From NCBI RefSeq assembly GCF_026571515.1, contig NW_026857242.1:62001-126000 (forward strand): a stretch of DNA of 64,000 nt. The letters run 5' to 3'. The DNA comes from Ruditapes philippinarum (lineage: Eukaryota). The translations under genes were made by a program, and so were the position numbers. Under the pieces are notes generated by a model. The model saw only the letters and a list, made by a program, of their open reading frames with translations. It searched no databases and was not told where the DNA came from. Position 1 is the stretch's first letter, and each line of letters starts with the position of its first letter. Below are positions 1 through 13,640 of this stretch, in pieces.

Positions 1-249
1 CTTTTCATTTTGTGTCATTTTTTTACAATTTGAAAAATTATTCAGGAAAAACAAAGTGCGGGAATGATCAGAAATTTTGCACAAAGATTAGTGGTCTAAA
101 CCTACATCAAATGGTACACTTATCTGGAAAAAATATTTTCAGTCTCATCATGTCAAAAAACCTCAGTGGAGTCCCTTAAAGTCATGATCATCGTATTGCC
201 CAATGTTAAACAAAGCACTTCCATCCATTAAGTGTTCATTGCCTTATTT

Positions 250-1024
250 TATGGTTATTAAATGTGTTGACCATGTAAGGGACTTGGGTGTTTGCTTTGA
301 TGCCAAACTTAGTTTTGACAGGCATATACGAAAAAAGTGTCAAATAGCCTACTCTCAACTTAAGAACCTTAAATCCATTCGTAAGCATCTGTCTCAGAAA
401 TCAACTGAAATACTAATTCATGGTTTAGTCAATTCCCACATCGATTTTTGTAATGGACTTTTTGCAGAAATACCAGTTTATCAAATAGATCGACTTCAGA
501 GACTCCAAAACCAGGCTGCTCGGGTAGTAATGAATGTGTATGACCAACCTAGTGCTGATCTCAGAAAATCTTTCCATTGGTTACCAGTCAAGGCATGGAT
601 TATGTTTAAAGTAATTCTTATTGTTTTCCGAGTAATACATGGAACAGCTCCAACGTATCTCATAACTTTGTTTAATTGTGTGAGAAGAAAATACAGTCTA
701 AGATCAGCTGATGATGACACGTGTACACAGTTTGTTGTGCCAAGACGCAGGACCAGACTTGCTGACAGATCTATTTCTGTTATGGGACCTAAATGGTGAA
801 ACGCCCTACCAAAAGAATTAAAGTGCATTGCATCGGAAATTGCATTCAGAAAAAGACTGAAAGCACACCTCTTTGAACAATTTTATAGATAAAAAGTTTC
901 GTCAAATGTGTATATAGTTTTAAACTGTGGAAATGACTTTGACATTATAGGATCTTGTGAAGCGCAACAGAATATAACTGTATAAAGTGTCGCGCTATAA
1001 AAATACCTTTGATTGATTTATTGA
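250..1024 (+). mobile_element. 5'-truncated L2/CR1-group LINE (RT C-terminal region, 3' UTR and short tandem tail)
   Basis: ORF 203-799 carries RDLGVxFDxxLSFxxHI, HIDFCNGL, LQRLQNQAARVV and HWLPV, typical of the L2 ORF2 C-terminus. The frame continues past a TGA (KW*NALP...FRKRLKAHLF). The element ends with cgctataaaaat followed by a (gatt)-like tail at ~1010-1024. Confidence 0.85.
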
Positions 1025-1197
1025 GTGATATTTTAGGGCAAAAACAACAATTTATATCCTTTGTCTTTGGTCAATTACATGATAAAATAATAATAAAATA
1101 TGTTAAAGAATAAACATAGGGCCTACTCAATCACTATTGAATACATTTAACATTTTCTACATAAATAGTTGTTAAACACAAAATAAAAAAAAAGGGG

Positions 1198-1308
1198 GGG
1201 GGGTGAAGTGTCTCAATCAAATTTCTTAAAATGAGGGGTGAAGTGTCTGAGGGATGAATTGTCTGCAAAAATGGGTCTTGGGTGAAGTGACTGGGGGTGA
1301 AGTGTCTG
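1198..1308. repeat. Cluster of short ggggtgaagtgtct direct repeats (possible subterminal repeats of a DNA element)
   Basis: Four to five copies of g(g)ggtgaagtg(t/a)ct within ~110 bp. Confidence 0.5.
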
Positions 1309-1919
1309 TAATATGGCATGTATGTAATTGTGAGGTCCCTGGTTCAAATCCCAGCCAATGCGTAGGAAATTATCAGGTTTACAAACAAATTTTAAATATT
1401 GAGCGAAAGAAAAACTTAAGCTGACATAATGGTATAAAACCCATAAAATTAATCTATTATAAAAGCGCACATAATTTTTCGGGAAGCGGAATTTTTTGTT
1501 GGTAACTATGAAAACAGGCGCTTTTATTAAGACTTATTACCATCCAAGCTCTTTCCCTAGCTCAAACAAGTCATGGAAAGATATGTCCTTGATGCTTTCG
1601 TGGATCCAATAGTCTTGCACTTCTTCCTTCGGCATATTTTCTGTTAAGAATACTTTATTATTGAATTTCTAAATTTTAGTTGTCAACCGTTTGAGAATTG
1701 TTTGTTTACTTCCGGTTTACTAAAAAGTTATGCACGAATAGAAATATATCGCTCTCATCTGCAAAGAGCGGAACGCCCCATTATTTGCTAAAAAAATCAT
1801 TATCCAAAACGTATTAGTTCTGATGTAATGATGCAATTCTTTTAAACGATTGTTAAGTTTAAAAATAAGTCAGTTAAATTATATTTAGGAGGATCTACTC
1901 CCCAATGTAGCGAGTACAG

Positions 1920-2260
1920 AAATTGTCTGTGAAATAACTTTATTAAGTGTAAACTTTCTTGGTGTTGAAATTGATTCTTTATTTAACTTTGACCTACCTG
2001 TATCCAATGTTTGCAAAAAGACTGCAAAACAAATCAACATACTGGCTAAATTTAGTAAATTTAACATCAAACACTCGAATCTTAATTACCAATTCTTTGT
2101 TCGCTGAAATTTTAACTATATATATATAGTATAGTCCATTTTATAGTTTCGCATTTCTGTAGCAAACTGAATACTGATAAACTTGAAAAACTGATATATA
2201 TATCTTTGAAGATAGTATTCGAAGATGGCAACTCACCATATGAATCCCTAGAGTGAAGAC
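1920..2260 (+). mobile_element. Degenerate CR1-type LINE RT fragment
   Basis: The + strand reads VNFLGVEIDSLFNFD..VSNVCKKTAKQINILAK, then frameshifted NFNY and HFCSKLNTDKLEK motifs typical of the post-RT region of CR1-like ORF2. Confidence 0.6.
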
Positions 2261-2400
2261 TACACAGATTATTTTTAAAAATTGGATCAAGGAACGAAAT
2301 TAGGTATCGGTCTATTTTCAGGTCATACCTATTTTCAAATTTAATTAGACAAAAATTGCGGCCAGCATGGAATACATGTACATACACAGATCTTGAACAA

Positions 2401-4065
2401 AATGGATGCAACCAGCGTGGCTTACATATTCACAGATTCCGAACTAGTGGATGCGGCCAGCATGGATTACATACTCGCAGATTCTGAACATAATGGATGC
2501 GGCCAGCATGGATTACATACTCGCGGATTCTGAACATAATGGATGCGGCCAGCATGGATTACATACGCAGATTCTGAACATAATGGATGCGGCCAGCATG
2601 GATTACATACGCAGATTCTGAACATAATGGATGCGGCCAGCATGGATTACATACTCACTGATTCTGAACATAATGGATGCGGCCAGCATGGATTACATAC
2701 GCGGATTCTGAACATAATGGATGCGGCCAGCATGGATAACATACGCGGATTCTGAACATAATGGATGCGGCCAGCATGGATTACATACGCAGATTTTGAA
2801 CATAATGAATGCGGCCAGCATGGATTACATACGCAGATTTTGAACATAATGGATGCGGCCAGCATGGATTACATACGCAGATTCTGAACATAATGAATGC
2901 GGCCAGCATGGATTATATACTCACATATTCTGAACATAATGGATGCGACCAGCATGGATTACATACGCGGATTCTGAACATAATGGATGCGGCCAGCATG
3001 GATTACATACTCACTGATTCTGAACATAATGGATGCGACCAGCATGGATTACATACGCAGATTTTGAACATAATGGATGCGGCCAGCATGGATTACATAC
3101 GCGAATTCTGAATATAATGAATGCGGCCAGCATGGATTGTATACTCACAGATTCTGAACATAATGGATGCGACCAGCATGGATTCCATACGCGGATTCTG
3201 AACATAATGGATGCGACCAGCAATGATTACATACGCGGATTCTGAACATACTGGATGCGACCAGCATGGATTACATACTCACTGATTCTGAACATAATGG
3301 ATGCGACCAGCATGGATTACATACGCAGATTTTGAACATAATGGATGCGGCCAGCATGGATTACATACGCGAATTCTGAACATAATGAATGCGACCAGCA
3401 TGGATTATATACTCACAGATTCTGAACATAATGGATGCGACCAGCATGGATTACATACGCAGATTTTGAACATAATGGATGCGGCCAGCATGGATTACAT
3501 ACGCGATGGATGCGAACAGCATGGATTACATACGCGAATTCTGAACATAATGAATGCGGCCAGCATGGATTATATACTCACAGATTCTGAACATAATGGA
3601 TGCGACCAGCAATGATTACATACGCGGATTCTGAACAAAATGGATGCGGCCAGCATGGATTACAAACTCACAGATTCTGAACATACTGGATGCGGCAAGC
3701 ATGGATTACATATGCAGATTTTGAACATACTGGAAGCGGCAAGCATAGGTTACATACAAATTTTGAACGGCCAGCATATATATTACATACGCAGATTCTG
3801 GACATACTGGATGCGGCAAGCATGGATCACATACAAATTTTGAACATAATGGATGCCGCCAGCATGGATTACACACTCAGATTTTGAACATAATGGATGC
3901 GTCCAGCACGATTCTGAACATAATGAATGCGGTCAGCATGACTTACATATGCAGATTTTAAACATAATGAATGCGGTCAGCATTGAGTACATACATATTC
4001 TGAATATAATGGATGCCGCCAGGAAGGCTTACATACTCATAATGAAATCAAATGGATGCAGCCAA
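2401..4065. repeat. Tandem satellite/minisatellite, 44- and 46-bp monomers, ~37 copies
   Basis: Consensus taatggatgcg(g/a)ccagcatggattacatac(tc)gcagattctgaaca. Unit starts at 2537, 2581, 2625 and 2671 give 44/44/46 spacing. The array is homogeneous centrally and decays at both edges. Confidence 0.97.
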
Positions 4066-4871
4066 TATATGCGATCATTAAAGATTGCTAAGCAGTCTAA
4101 CATTCCTTGATATAATAGGTGGGCAACATTTGACGTTTTCCCAAAGTGCAAAAAGAAAGCCACTTTTAACGCTGTTTATTTATTTATAAAACTTTTGAAG
4201 TCTTTACGACCTTTCTTAAACTGACCTGATTTAAGTTTTCTCAAGTTCTTATCCTAAATTAAATATGGCATCTACAACACCTTTAAAATACTTGACATTT
4301 TGGATAAGACAGCGAAAAGTTTAAAGTGACTGCACTCTTTGAATGACCGTTATCATAACTTTAAAAATGACCTCATTCTATTTCAATACTTGATGATGAA
4401 ATATTGCATTGGTTCTGACAGAACGCCAAGCCTTTCTTTTGAGGTTTAAATTTGAATTGAAATGTTTAGATAAGCTTTTTGTAATTAAACAGAGATTTAT
4501 TTTTCAACTAACCGCATTTTGCCATATCTTAAAATGAGTTGGCAGACAAATGGTTTTAACAAGGCCGGGTGACCAAACTTTATTTTTTTACTGCTATTTA
4601 TCTATAAGCTAGACTGTAACGAAAACTGGACAGACAAGAAAAAAAAGAAAACAAACACAGATATGGTTGGGAAAAAAGCACAAGTGTTGCATTTCTATTT
4701 ATTTAATTTTTTTATTTATTTTATGATTACAACGCAAATATTTTAGACTCAAGTTTTTGACTTGAAGAAACTTATCAATGTCAAGAACATTTCGAAAATG
4801 TGTGTTACAGGTTATCGATCGTCTGGCTGAAATAGAAGACTTACAGACTTACGTAAGTTTTGTTGTAATTA

Positions 4872-5452
4872 ATGCTTCCGAGGGATCACACTATTCAGAT
4901 TTTTATACTTCACAACAGCAGGTGTGGCAACTATAAAAGGCTGTCTGTACTATACTTCAGTGTTGTTGTTTTTTTGTGGTCCTTCGGGATCATTGATTCC
5001 AGCACTTTTAAGTGTACTGCTCAAGCCGGTGCTAGCTGGTGGCGTGAGGGATGTTGCACTTTTTCATTTGGCCTCATACACAGACTTAATCAAACCGAGT
5101 CTGCAATTTTCATGTAATTTGTTTTGATTTGTGCTTCCGAGGGGTCACACTATATCCAGATTTTTATACTTCACAACAGCAGATGTCAAGTGCTGTTCTG
5201 CAGCTGTAAGAAGTTGCCCTGTACTTCATTTCTGTGTCGTTCTTTTTTTTGGTCCTTCGGGATAATTGATTCCAGCACTTTTAATTGTTGAAAATTGAGT
5301 AACTCTTAAGTCGATGCTTGGGTGCGTGCGGGATGTTGCACTTTTTTTTATCATGCCTCATGTACAGACTAAATCAAACCGTGTCTGCAATTTTCATGTT
5401 ATTTGTTGTGATTTATGCTTCCGAGGGATCACACTTTATCCAGATTTTTACG
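4872..5452. repeat. Tandem duplication of a ~260-280 bp unit (2 full copies plus the start of a third)
   Basis: tgcttccgaggg(a/g)tcacact..cagattttt recurs at ~4873, ~5133 and ~5416. Internal blocks ggtccttcgggat..ttgattccagcactttt and ggatgttgcacttttt are shared. Confidence 0.85.
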
Positions 5453-5635
5453 TTTACTAAAGTGGCTCGAGGATTAGGAGTTCGAAACTCTACTATTCAA
5501 ACCAAGCTAAAAATGTTCTCGTAGTCCTATGACTGAGTAACCATGGATGCCCAATGTCATGTGACTTAAATTTTAAATTTATCCTGTGTTCCGTATCCAC
5601 GTCACTTTGTGACGAGATCAAGCGCACTTCTAATT

Positions 5636-5876
5636 TGAGCCGTGTCACGACAAAACAAATTAACATAGTGCGTTTGCGACCAGCATGGATCCAGACCAGC
5701 CTGCGCATCCGCGCAGTCTGATCAGGATCCATGCTGTTCGCTATCAGTTTCTCTACTTGTTATAGAGTTGGTAAGCGAACAGCATGGATCCTGATCAGAC
5801 TGTGCGGATGCGCAGGCTGGTCTGGATCCATGCTGGTCGCAAACCCATTATGTTGCTTTTGTCGTGACGCGGCTCA
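5636..5876. mobile_element. Full-length palindromic MITE (family M1)
   Basis: Termini tgagccgtgtcacgacaaaa...ttttgtcgtgacgcggctca. The ~105-bp arms are reverse complements around a ~30-bp spacer. Further copies occur at 28602, 45032 and 48926. Confidence 0.9.
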
Positions 5877-6874
5877 TTTATTGTTTTATTAAGATAGCTT
5901 CACATCGGTTTAGGCTCCCGTGTTGGGTTTCTTAAACAAATTTCCTCAGAAATAAATTTTGAGAGGGATTTTTCAGCACATTTCCGTGAATACAGAGACA
6001 CTAAATTATATTTCAGTATTTAAATCACATACTTATCATGTATATTACTGATAAATGGGCACTTAAAATCAACGCGTAATATATATTTTTTTATTACAAC
6101 CTAGTCTTTTACTACAGAATTGTTTATTTTTCGATAATGCCATTGTCGAAGACCATATAAGCAAAGTGTATTCTGTTGAAGAAATCGAATTAAGCAAGTT
6201 CATTTGTTAAATGCTTTCTTTATCACTTTCAAAACCAAACCATAAAATGGGCAACTTTCCTGTTTCTGTCGCTCCCATACATCATAAGAAGAACTCGTAT
6301 TAAACATGTTAGAGCCATTTAATGTATAAATTAAGTGCTCGGTTATCTCCGCCATTGGTGGCGTTATCGCTAATAACGACGTCAGCGGGGAGTCAATCAA
6401 GTTCTCTATAAATACTGGATCACAAAATTACAGAGATTTAATACTTTCCGGACTTAATAGCAATCATCATTTACGGATAACAGTCAGTTGATGTGATCAT
6501 TTTTCTGCTCTTTGCAAATGGCAAAGGTTAATGCAAATTTAATGTTTATAGCGATTTTAACATTTTTGACGTTAAATAAGTATTATGCTCGTATAATAAT
6601 TATCAAAATAAAGAAATAATTAATAGATATTTGATACACCCATCTAATCTGATTATAAGTCGACTATAAAAGAAGTCAATGGTGTAATTTGATAAAAATG
6701 CGTATAGTTTATAATTATAATAATTATAATAAATATTCATTTGTAAATTAACTTTCAATCTACGATATTTCATCTTATTATATAAATCTAGTAATTCATC
6801 CATACTAAACAAATACATTTCAAGTGAATATTAATATGAAACATGCTTAATTATATTAAAAATTATATTGAAAG

Positions 6875-9800
6875 ATTTCGTGGGTGCAACCTCGGTCAGC
6901 TGTACGTTCGATTCCGACCTATGCGGCTGGCATATTGTTGGGTCAGGCAAGTTCAGGTGGAAGAGGGGCAGTGGTATGACTGATGATCGATCTTCCGGTC
7001 CTCTTAACGACCATACATGTGCAAGTAAGTAAACAAATAAAAGTATTAATTGTCAACAGTATTTACACGTGCTTTAAAAAATATTCGGTAAACGAACAAG
7101 ATAATCTCTATTTTCATGTTTGTTTTTGTTGTTGTTTTTCTTGTTTGGGTTTTTTTGTATGATTTTTAAAAATGGCTATACGCTTTTTTCTGTATTCCTT
7201 CAGACGCATGCATATTTAATCAAATACACTGTATGTATACCGGAAATAGAAAAAAAAGACGCCGACATTTATATAACCACATCAAGCACATACTAGTATT
7301 CAGTACTTTTATTTAAATGAATGAAAAAAGGGCGATCCTTTATTTAAATTAATTTAATGTAAAGTCGTGTTGTTACTTTATGAGGACACGCCGTATTTGG
7401 AATGACAAATTCCCACGACATTGACCTGGACAGATAGTAATATCGTACGAGAAGAGGTGAGTCCTACTCTGTACAAAGGAGAAATGATGCTCGTAATCTT
7501 AACTCAAGATAAGATATCAGATTAAATAATCTTGAGTTTTTGTTATTCACGCTAGCACACTGTGGTACACATCGTGGTACATCAGTGTAAAAAAATCACA
7601 GAGAGCCACGCTCGTTACAGTTGGAATCATTGGTTAATGCGATTATCATTCAATTTAATTCATTTTCAATACCATTTATAAATACGGTAAATCTTATCAA
7701 AAATAACTTCAAATGTACTCGTACATACTCAGATAAGCAGCGACACCCGTGCCTTTTCCCGTCTATCTGCCCATCACAAGGTTCAAGTCGTGCAAACATT
7801 TGCCCCTTAATTCTTTCACCATTTTTCACCATTTTTTCATCAGCTTGCTTTTTTAATAATAAAAACAGTCGATGTTCATACATTTATTATATAATAGAAT
7901 TGCAAATTCGGTCCAAAATCCTAAAAACATACGATTTGAATATCTCAAATAGATCTATTGGGAAATATATATGCAAATAATTAAAGAAATATTGTGAAAT
8001 TATAACCGATCTGATTTTATGTTTTGAATTTTCATTCTTGGGTCATTTTACACATAAATTCTGAAAAAAAATTAGTGAATGAACTGCACACGGGTTATTG
8101 GAACAGACATGGCCTAAAAGGTACAAACCCGCCCTCCATTCCCTTGTTTCTTCCCCGCATTTTTAAAGTTTTAACTTGTTGCTCCAAGAAACCTCGGCGG
8201 ATCCCGCTAGTTTAAACATATTTTATTGCATTAAATACATGTTTACAAACATATCATACAAATAATTAGTATATATCAAAATGCAAATCGGTTGGGCAAC
8301 AAGTTCTTACAACATTAGATATACTATGCTCAAATTTGATTTTTAAAAATGTTAATAATTGCTACACAGTCTCTTTGTATGTATAAAATAAACATGTTTC
8401 GACTATATTTAAAGTAGGTATGTTATGTTTTGAACTCTATATACACACTATAGGTGGTCACAATATGAATATATAGTGTCATTAAAAAAACTGGCAGTTT
8501 TTTTAAGAAAAGACCAACTTAATTTGACCCGTAATAGGGAATGCAGCTTTCCATACATAGTTTATTCATTATTTTATTCAAATTAAAAATATTCAGTAAG
8601 AATTTTATGGATTTCAATACATTTCTAAGATAAAAATATTTTACCCAAAGATGTGCATAGTATATCTTTAAGCCCTTCCCAGGTGAAGCGGAGCCCGTTG
8701 AAGTTTAAATGTGTAAGTGCATTATTTAATTCTATAGAGATGAAATATAGTTGCGATATGTTTAGACTTTCTCTTTTTAGCAGCATGCAAATTTTCATAA
8801 ACATTTTGAAAATGTATTTCAAAGTGAACAAAGACATTGCACATGTAAATTACTAGAAGGAGGTCACATTTTCAAAATATGTAAAATAGCCATTTAATGC
8901 GTTAGTCACGCGGTAGAAATATGTTGATAAAAACTGCAATGTAGGTATTAATTGCATAAACCATGTGAATTATTATTTGAATCTTGTTACTGTTCTTTAA
9001 ATTTTAGAAAAGATTTCTCAATTTGATTAAAAAAATACATGTATTTTGGCTTAACTTGAAGTATGCAACTTTAAAAGCAGGAGGCAAAATTTTGTTTGTT
9101 TTAATTTTGATATTATTAAACGAACGCGTTTTATTACTACAGTTCTTTAATTTATTTTACTACAACTCATTTGTAAAATGATCTAATCTTACAAGTATTA
9201 AAGTATTATCTTTAGAATAAGATATACTCTACAAGTCAATGATAACTGTAAGTATTTTGACAATTACATGGAGGAAATATGCTCGTGTCATTTATAAAAT
9301 GCTTGTGGGTCAAGACAATGATAATGTAATGATAATTTTGATAGTTTCACTATGATAAGGAGATTCGAACTCGCTGTCATCTGCTTACAAGCACATAAGC
9401 AAAACACCCGAGACCAAGCCAAAGATTCGATTCACTGACGCAATTGTCGAGGATGTATCGAGATGTGAACAAGTACGCAGCACACCAATTTTATGGCGAC
9501 AGATTTTCAGAAATACTATAGGTTTCTATACACAGTCCTGTAAGAGCCTAATCTGAGAAGAATTTTGAATTTGTCATAAAAAATGCAATTCAACTACAAA
9601 AATACTATACTACGTAGGATTCTACCATCGGCTAACGAGCAAACTAAACAACACCTGAACGCTGTAAACAACTTAGCCAAATAATCTGTTGCCTGACAGA
9701 GTTGTCTGAGGTTATAGATATAGAAATCAAATATTTAACTCATACGTTACACCATCAATTATAGATATTAAATTGATTATCCAATATTTCAGATTACCAA

Positions 9801-12386
9801 GGCAAATATATGTTCATATCCGGAGGAGATGCCGAAAGCATCAATGACATTGCAGTATTGGAGAGTAAACAATTCAATATTAGTAAGGAGACAACATTTA
9901 CGTTTTGGTACACTATGAACGGTTATGGTTCTGGGTTATTAACGTTGACTATCATAGCGGACAACAAACCAACTGAAGTATGGAAGATAGAAGGAAGGCA
10001 GGGTAAAGACTGGCTCAATCATTCAGTCACACTTAAACCTGGGACGTTGAAGTTACAATTCAAATCAACCGTAAGAATTCCAGTTGGTAGTGACCTTGCC
10101 ATTGATGATTTACATCTTTTGTCAGAATATATCGAAGGTAACGTTAACTAAATTTATTCCAGAATAAATTACAAGTTTACATGTGATCGGTACTTCTAAA
10201 TTCTTTACTTTTATTTCCTTTTTTGTGTATTATCAATCATTTAATTGAAGTGGTTGTATAAAATTCCTCTAAAAAAGCTATATTCCCAAAATGAAAAACG
10301 TTATTTGTTTCATAAATGAAAACATGGTTATTATGTAGTGCTATTTAATTGAATTTAAATGTTCCTTTTAGAGAAGATCGTATTCGTGTTATTTGCTACT
10401 ATAGAAATAATGTTATCGAGATAAAACTCTTATTCTATACTCAAATTTCAGAGAAGAACAAAACTCATTGCCAAACTTCAACAACAACACGCACTGCGAC
10501 AACAACGCAATCGACAACTACGTCGACGACAACAACAACTTCTCTACCTACAACAACTACGGAGGAGCAAAAGAACAAAACTCATAAATTTTCATCTCTT
10601 ACAACATATGGTTCATCTTATCCGTCGTCGTCGGCATCACTTTGTTCCAGGTTTGCCGGGAGAACCAGGATAATGCCCGGCACGTGTGATTTTGAGAATG
10701 GTACGTGTGGTAATAAAATCATCGCCAGTCAAGCAAATCGAGAAGTGACATGGGAGAGAACGGATAAAATGGAAGGAAATAAATATCAAGATGACTTTAT
10801 TATTGGAGACCATACATTCCAAACAAGTATAAACATTAATGTATTTGTGCTTGTAAAAGTCTGTGATGATTATATCAATTGTTAAGCGACATTAATATCA
10901 ATCTTATGAATATAAAAAAAACTGAACATAACTCAAATTATAATACAATTATATTATAAGTATACATTGTGGAATTGCTTGATACCATTAAAGTGTATAA
11001 ATGTTTCCATTTGATTTTTCAGACGGTACCAGAGGGAAATATCTCTTATTTAAAAATTCATGGGGTTGGTCAAATCCAAAGCGTATTGCAAGCGTAGAAA
11101 CACCTGCCATTTACGCGACGTTCGCTTGTGTGACATTCTGGTATACTGTCCCATCTAAGTATTCTAATGTTAAAGTCTTAATCCGAGACTATACCGGCAG
11201 ATTGACAACACTGTGGGAAGTGGATAATTTTTTTCAGAATAAGAGAGCATCTAATATGACCGGCTGGCATAAGCAAATATTATCAGTGTTTGAGGATCCG
11301 CCATTTACGGTAATTGTCGTTTTGACTTATCCTATTATTTGCAAATGCACCTATAGCCACCGACTTAAGAAGATTTAAACAGTTTCTCCCATACAAAGAT
11401 AGAATTTATACTATTTTAATAATTCGGTTACCTTTTGCAGTCATTCTTTTGTCAATTGAGCATCTTTATTTCTTAGGCGACAAAACCGTATAAAAGGTGG
11501 CATATTAATTAACTTCATTGTCTTATTTAAAGATTTAAAAATGTTGTTGTGGAATATATGACATTAATTGTGTATGCTAGCAGATCATTTATTATTCTAA
11601 GCTATCTATTTGTAGGTAGTATTTCAGGCTTACAATAATTATCATTTGGCCAAAGTTGGATTAGATGATATCAAGATACTCGGTGCTAATATATCAACTG
11701 GTATGACAAGACCAGCCTCCGACAAAACAGTAGCAACACAGATGTCTCCTGGTACGACCAAAATGTTTACAACAACGACAGAATTACCAAAGTCAACGAA
11801 ACAAGCTGCGTCACTAACCTCAGTAAAGCAAACACCGCCCAACACACAAAATAAAATATCAACCAGTAGTCCATATGTGAGATCTACCGAGAAAGGACAC
11901 ACAAAGTCAACCGTAAGCCATACAAAGAAAGCAACTGAGATAAACGACGAGGAAAGTGATACTGAGAAGCAGTCAAAGGAGTCGGAGGACAATGGGAAAA
12001 CGTCTACTGTTGTCGGTGGTGTTGTTGGCGTTCTTCTAGTCTTGATTCTAATTATTGTTATTGCCTACGCCATAAATGATCAGAAACACAGACGAAACAG
12101 ACTAACACAAACACAAGAAAAGTTGAACGGAAAACACCACCAGAACTCAAATGGCAAAGTATCAAATGGGGCTTTAAATTCAGAAGTGCACTTACACGTG
12201 GATGTAGGCAATGAAAAACCAAAATCTAACGGACATGCAACAACTATCAATGAAACCACAGCTGCTTTCTGTGTGAATACAGTTTATTCTAATTTACAAC
12301 ATAGTGAACAAATGAACGGCAACGTAAATTTCAACAATCACCCACCACTTACTACAGATATCACAGAAATGTCTGTCAAATTGTAG
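6875..12386 (+). CDS. Gene A: two-MAM-domain type I transmembrane protein with Thr/Ser-rich linkers (5' start exon not identified)
   Basis: Phase-compatible GT-AG exons 6875-7024, 9793-10137, 10452-10826, 11023-11309 and 11616-12386. MAM1 reads SCTFDSDLCGW..FRWKRGSG..SGPLNDHT..GKYMF..FWYTMNG..DW..DLAIDD. MAM2 reads TCDFENGTCG..W.R..GDHT..GKYL..CVTFWY..W..VVFQA..VGLDDI. A mucin-like stalk, the TM segment VVGGVVGVLLVLILIIVIAYAI and a cytoplasmic tail follow. Confidence 0.88.
8321..8659. repeat. Dispersed repeat fragment, copy 1 (similar to 45883-46185)
   Basis: Colinear blocks atactatgctcaaatttgat, aattgctacacagtct, acccgtaata, agtaagaatttta and caaagatgtgcata occur at both loci. Confidence 0.75.
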
Positions 12387-13160
12387 CATTAAAACATTTA
12401 TTCTGTTTTCGTCTTTTTACAAACAAAAGGGTTTACTGAATGAATTGATTTGTATTTGCTCCGTATTTATTAGCTTGAGTGTGAACAAGTTAACATGACC
12501 CGATGTTTCACAAACAGAATAATTTAGAAAGTGCATAGTTTCCAGTTTAACTGACGACGTTGCAAATGAAAAATGTATGTGATGTCAATTGACTGATCAT
12601 ATGGCTGGTGTTGTTCTCAGGCTTCAAATTAAGCTCATGACCATTTGTATCATAAACTCTTTTCATTTTGTTACAAACTATTTCCATATATATTTTGTTT
12701 CGTTTTTATGTAAATTTTGTATTGACATTCTATTAAAACGCTTTGTTGTCTATTATGTTGTAGTAAGAGTGGCATCATATTTTTGGAACATATTTTTGAT
12801 TATATAACATTATATAAACATCATATCCGACTTGGGGTGATTGAGCGAAATGTTCCCCCGAAACGAGTGATATACAGCCGATGCGTTAGTCGATGTTGCT
12901 ATTATCTTGTAAAGGATGAACATTTTGTTCTATGGCACTCAATGGAATGTGGTATTTATTGTTTTATACAAAACAATTCAAAGGTCAAGATAGACATCTC
13001 AAACATAATTAATTTTAACTAAAACCCTGGCACCTGCTATGCTCGTGAGGGCCGCTTGACTATGCCAGCAAACCGAAACGAGGTACATTGCTATCATCTG
13101 ACGTCACATCATGTAATCGAGTACCACATGAATATACGTGTAAATATTCAAACATTCATA

Positions 13161-13640
13161 ATGCGATCTTATAAGTCATTATCTGAAGCAATATTTGACA
13201 ATGATTAAGCATGCACACAGGTACTACAAAGAATATCTTAATAAAACAAAAGTTCCATGAAATGTATATACAATCCAAATGTGCTAAAAATTGGATCAGA
13301 TGAGTCTCTTAATTGAAAATGCGATCTTGTAAGTAATTATCTCAAGCAATCTTTGACAATGGTTTATCATTCACACAGGCGTTTTTGGATTCTTCAAAGA
13401 ATATCTTAAACAAAAGTTCCACAATTACTTGTAACTGAAATTTATATACAATCCAAATGTGCTCAAAATTGGATCAGATGATTCTCTTAATTGAAATTGC
13501 GATCTTACAACTAATTATCTCAAGCAGTATTTGACATGATTAAGCATGCACACAGGCATTTTCGGAATTTTAAACAAAAGTTCCCCAATTACTTGCAACT
13601 AAAATTTATACACAGTCCAATTGTACTCAAATTTGAACCG
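13161..13640. repeat. Tandem repeat, ~160-180 bp unit, ~3 copies
   Basis: gcgatctt..attatct.aagca..tttgaca recurs at 13163, 13321 and 13499. caaaagttcc and tatacaatccaaatgtgct also repeat. Confidence 0.88.

Noticed and set aside
2543-4110. Many overlapping ORFs (MRPAWITY.., GCGQHGLH..) and a CRISPR-like appearance
   Set aside because: The ORFs are translations of a 44/46-bp satellite in shifting frames. Monomers are head-to-tail with no unique spacers, there are no cas genes, and the context is eukaryotic.
7621-7980. 119-aa ORF inside a gene A intron
   Set aside because: No recognisable domain or splice signals linking it to the MAM exons; probably a repeat fragment.
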